DNA of 62,449 nucleotides, filler included, from Basidiobolus ranarum (Eukaryota): NCBI GenBank assembly GCA_040143965.1. It is 22 parts of 22 records of this genome, joined end to end, with 100 filler letters (N's around TTAATTAATTAA, not from the genome) between each part and the next. Parts side by side here need not be neighbours in the genome. Positions count along the whole stretch, not along the records: positions 59,718 to 62,449 come from JASJQH010003026.1; 21 more parts are not named here. One strand, 5' to 3'. Shown piece by piece: positions 61,933 to 62,449 of this stretch (position 1 is its first letter; each line of letters starts with the position of its first letter). The notes under the pieces were generated by a model. It saw only the letters and a program-made list of their open reading frames with translations, ran no database searches and was not told where the DNA came from. The position numbers and the translations under genes were made by a program.

Positions 61933-62449
61933 TGATGAAATTATGTAAATAGCAACTTGTTATTTAGTAGCTAGTTTATTCATATTCTGATTTTTTTGCA
62001 CTCAATTCTGTCATTCAAAAATGTGTGTTCACTGCTCTAACAGATAGAAATATGAATTAGATCACTTTTACCAATTTTCACTATTTTCTTGAAACTTCTC
62101 CAAATCATCTCAAATTTTCATGCATGCTTAACAGGCATGTTTGTTATGATCTAAGATTATTCAATAGTGCTATTTTACAGTAAACTAATAACAGGATATG
62201 TGCCAATCAATAAAACTTAAGTGCCTAATTCCCAAATCAAAATCTTTTGAAAAATACATCTAAGTCCCCTACATACTTTTACCAAGCTGAGTCCCAAGCA
62301 AGCTGTTAAAGGAATGTCAACCAGTACCATTACTAATGTATTTGCATCCACAGAGAAGTATAATGGTGAATACTTTCATCTTTGGAATTTCAAGATGCAC
62401 ATGGTGCTAGAAGACAAAGACCTGTGGGGATTTATTGCAGGAGAAGAAA
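61933..62449 (+). mobile_element. Copia family B 5' LTR (61933-62284), degenerate PBS and gag start
   Basis: LTR aligns to 14584-14934. MSTSTITNVFASTEKYNGEYFHLWNFKMHMVLEDKDLWG. Confidence 0.88.

Overview
This is eukaryotic, fungal DNA, not a prokaryotic locus. It is 22 unrelated short contigs (2754 down to 2732 bp, sorted by length) joined by 21 artificial 100-nt spacers (N44-TTAATTAATTAA-N44), so no synteny can be read across a spacer. Short GT-AG introns (58-93 nt), an AA11-type LPMO, a subtilisin and CpG-depleted repeats suggest an early-diverging fungus, possibly Basidiobolus-like (inference only). Most of the window is degenerate nested transposon debris: two Ty1/copia families with ~350-bp LTRs and a half-tRNA(iMet) primer site, a chromodomain Ty3/gypsy family, and a CMC/EnSpm (CACTA-like) DNA transposon with a CCC terminus and a divergent second ORF. 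Host genes, mostly cut by contig edges: a secreted beta-helix protein that looks bacterial but has introns, a conserved fungal unknown protein, a DJ-1/PfpI C-terminus missed by the ORF track, a Gal80-like oxidoreductase with an upstream CGG-N11-CCG motif, an AA11 LPMO, a small secreted protein, a probable virilizer/VIRMA homolog, a subtilisin pseudogene and two tRNA genes. The most unusual item is a tRNA with a Leu(CAG)-type class II body but an Arg (CCG) anticodon. All homology calls come from motif recognition by eye; no searches were run.
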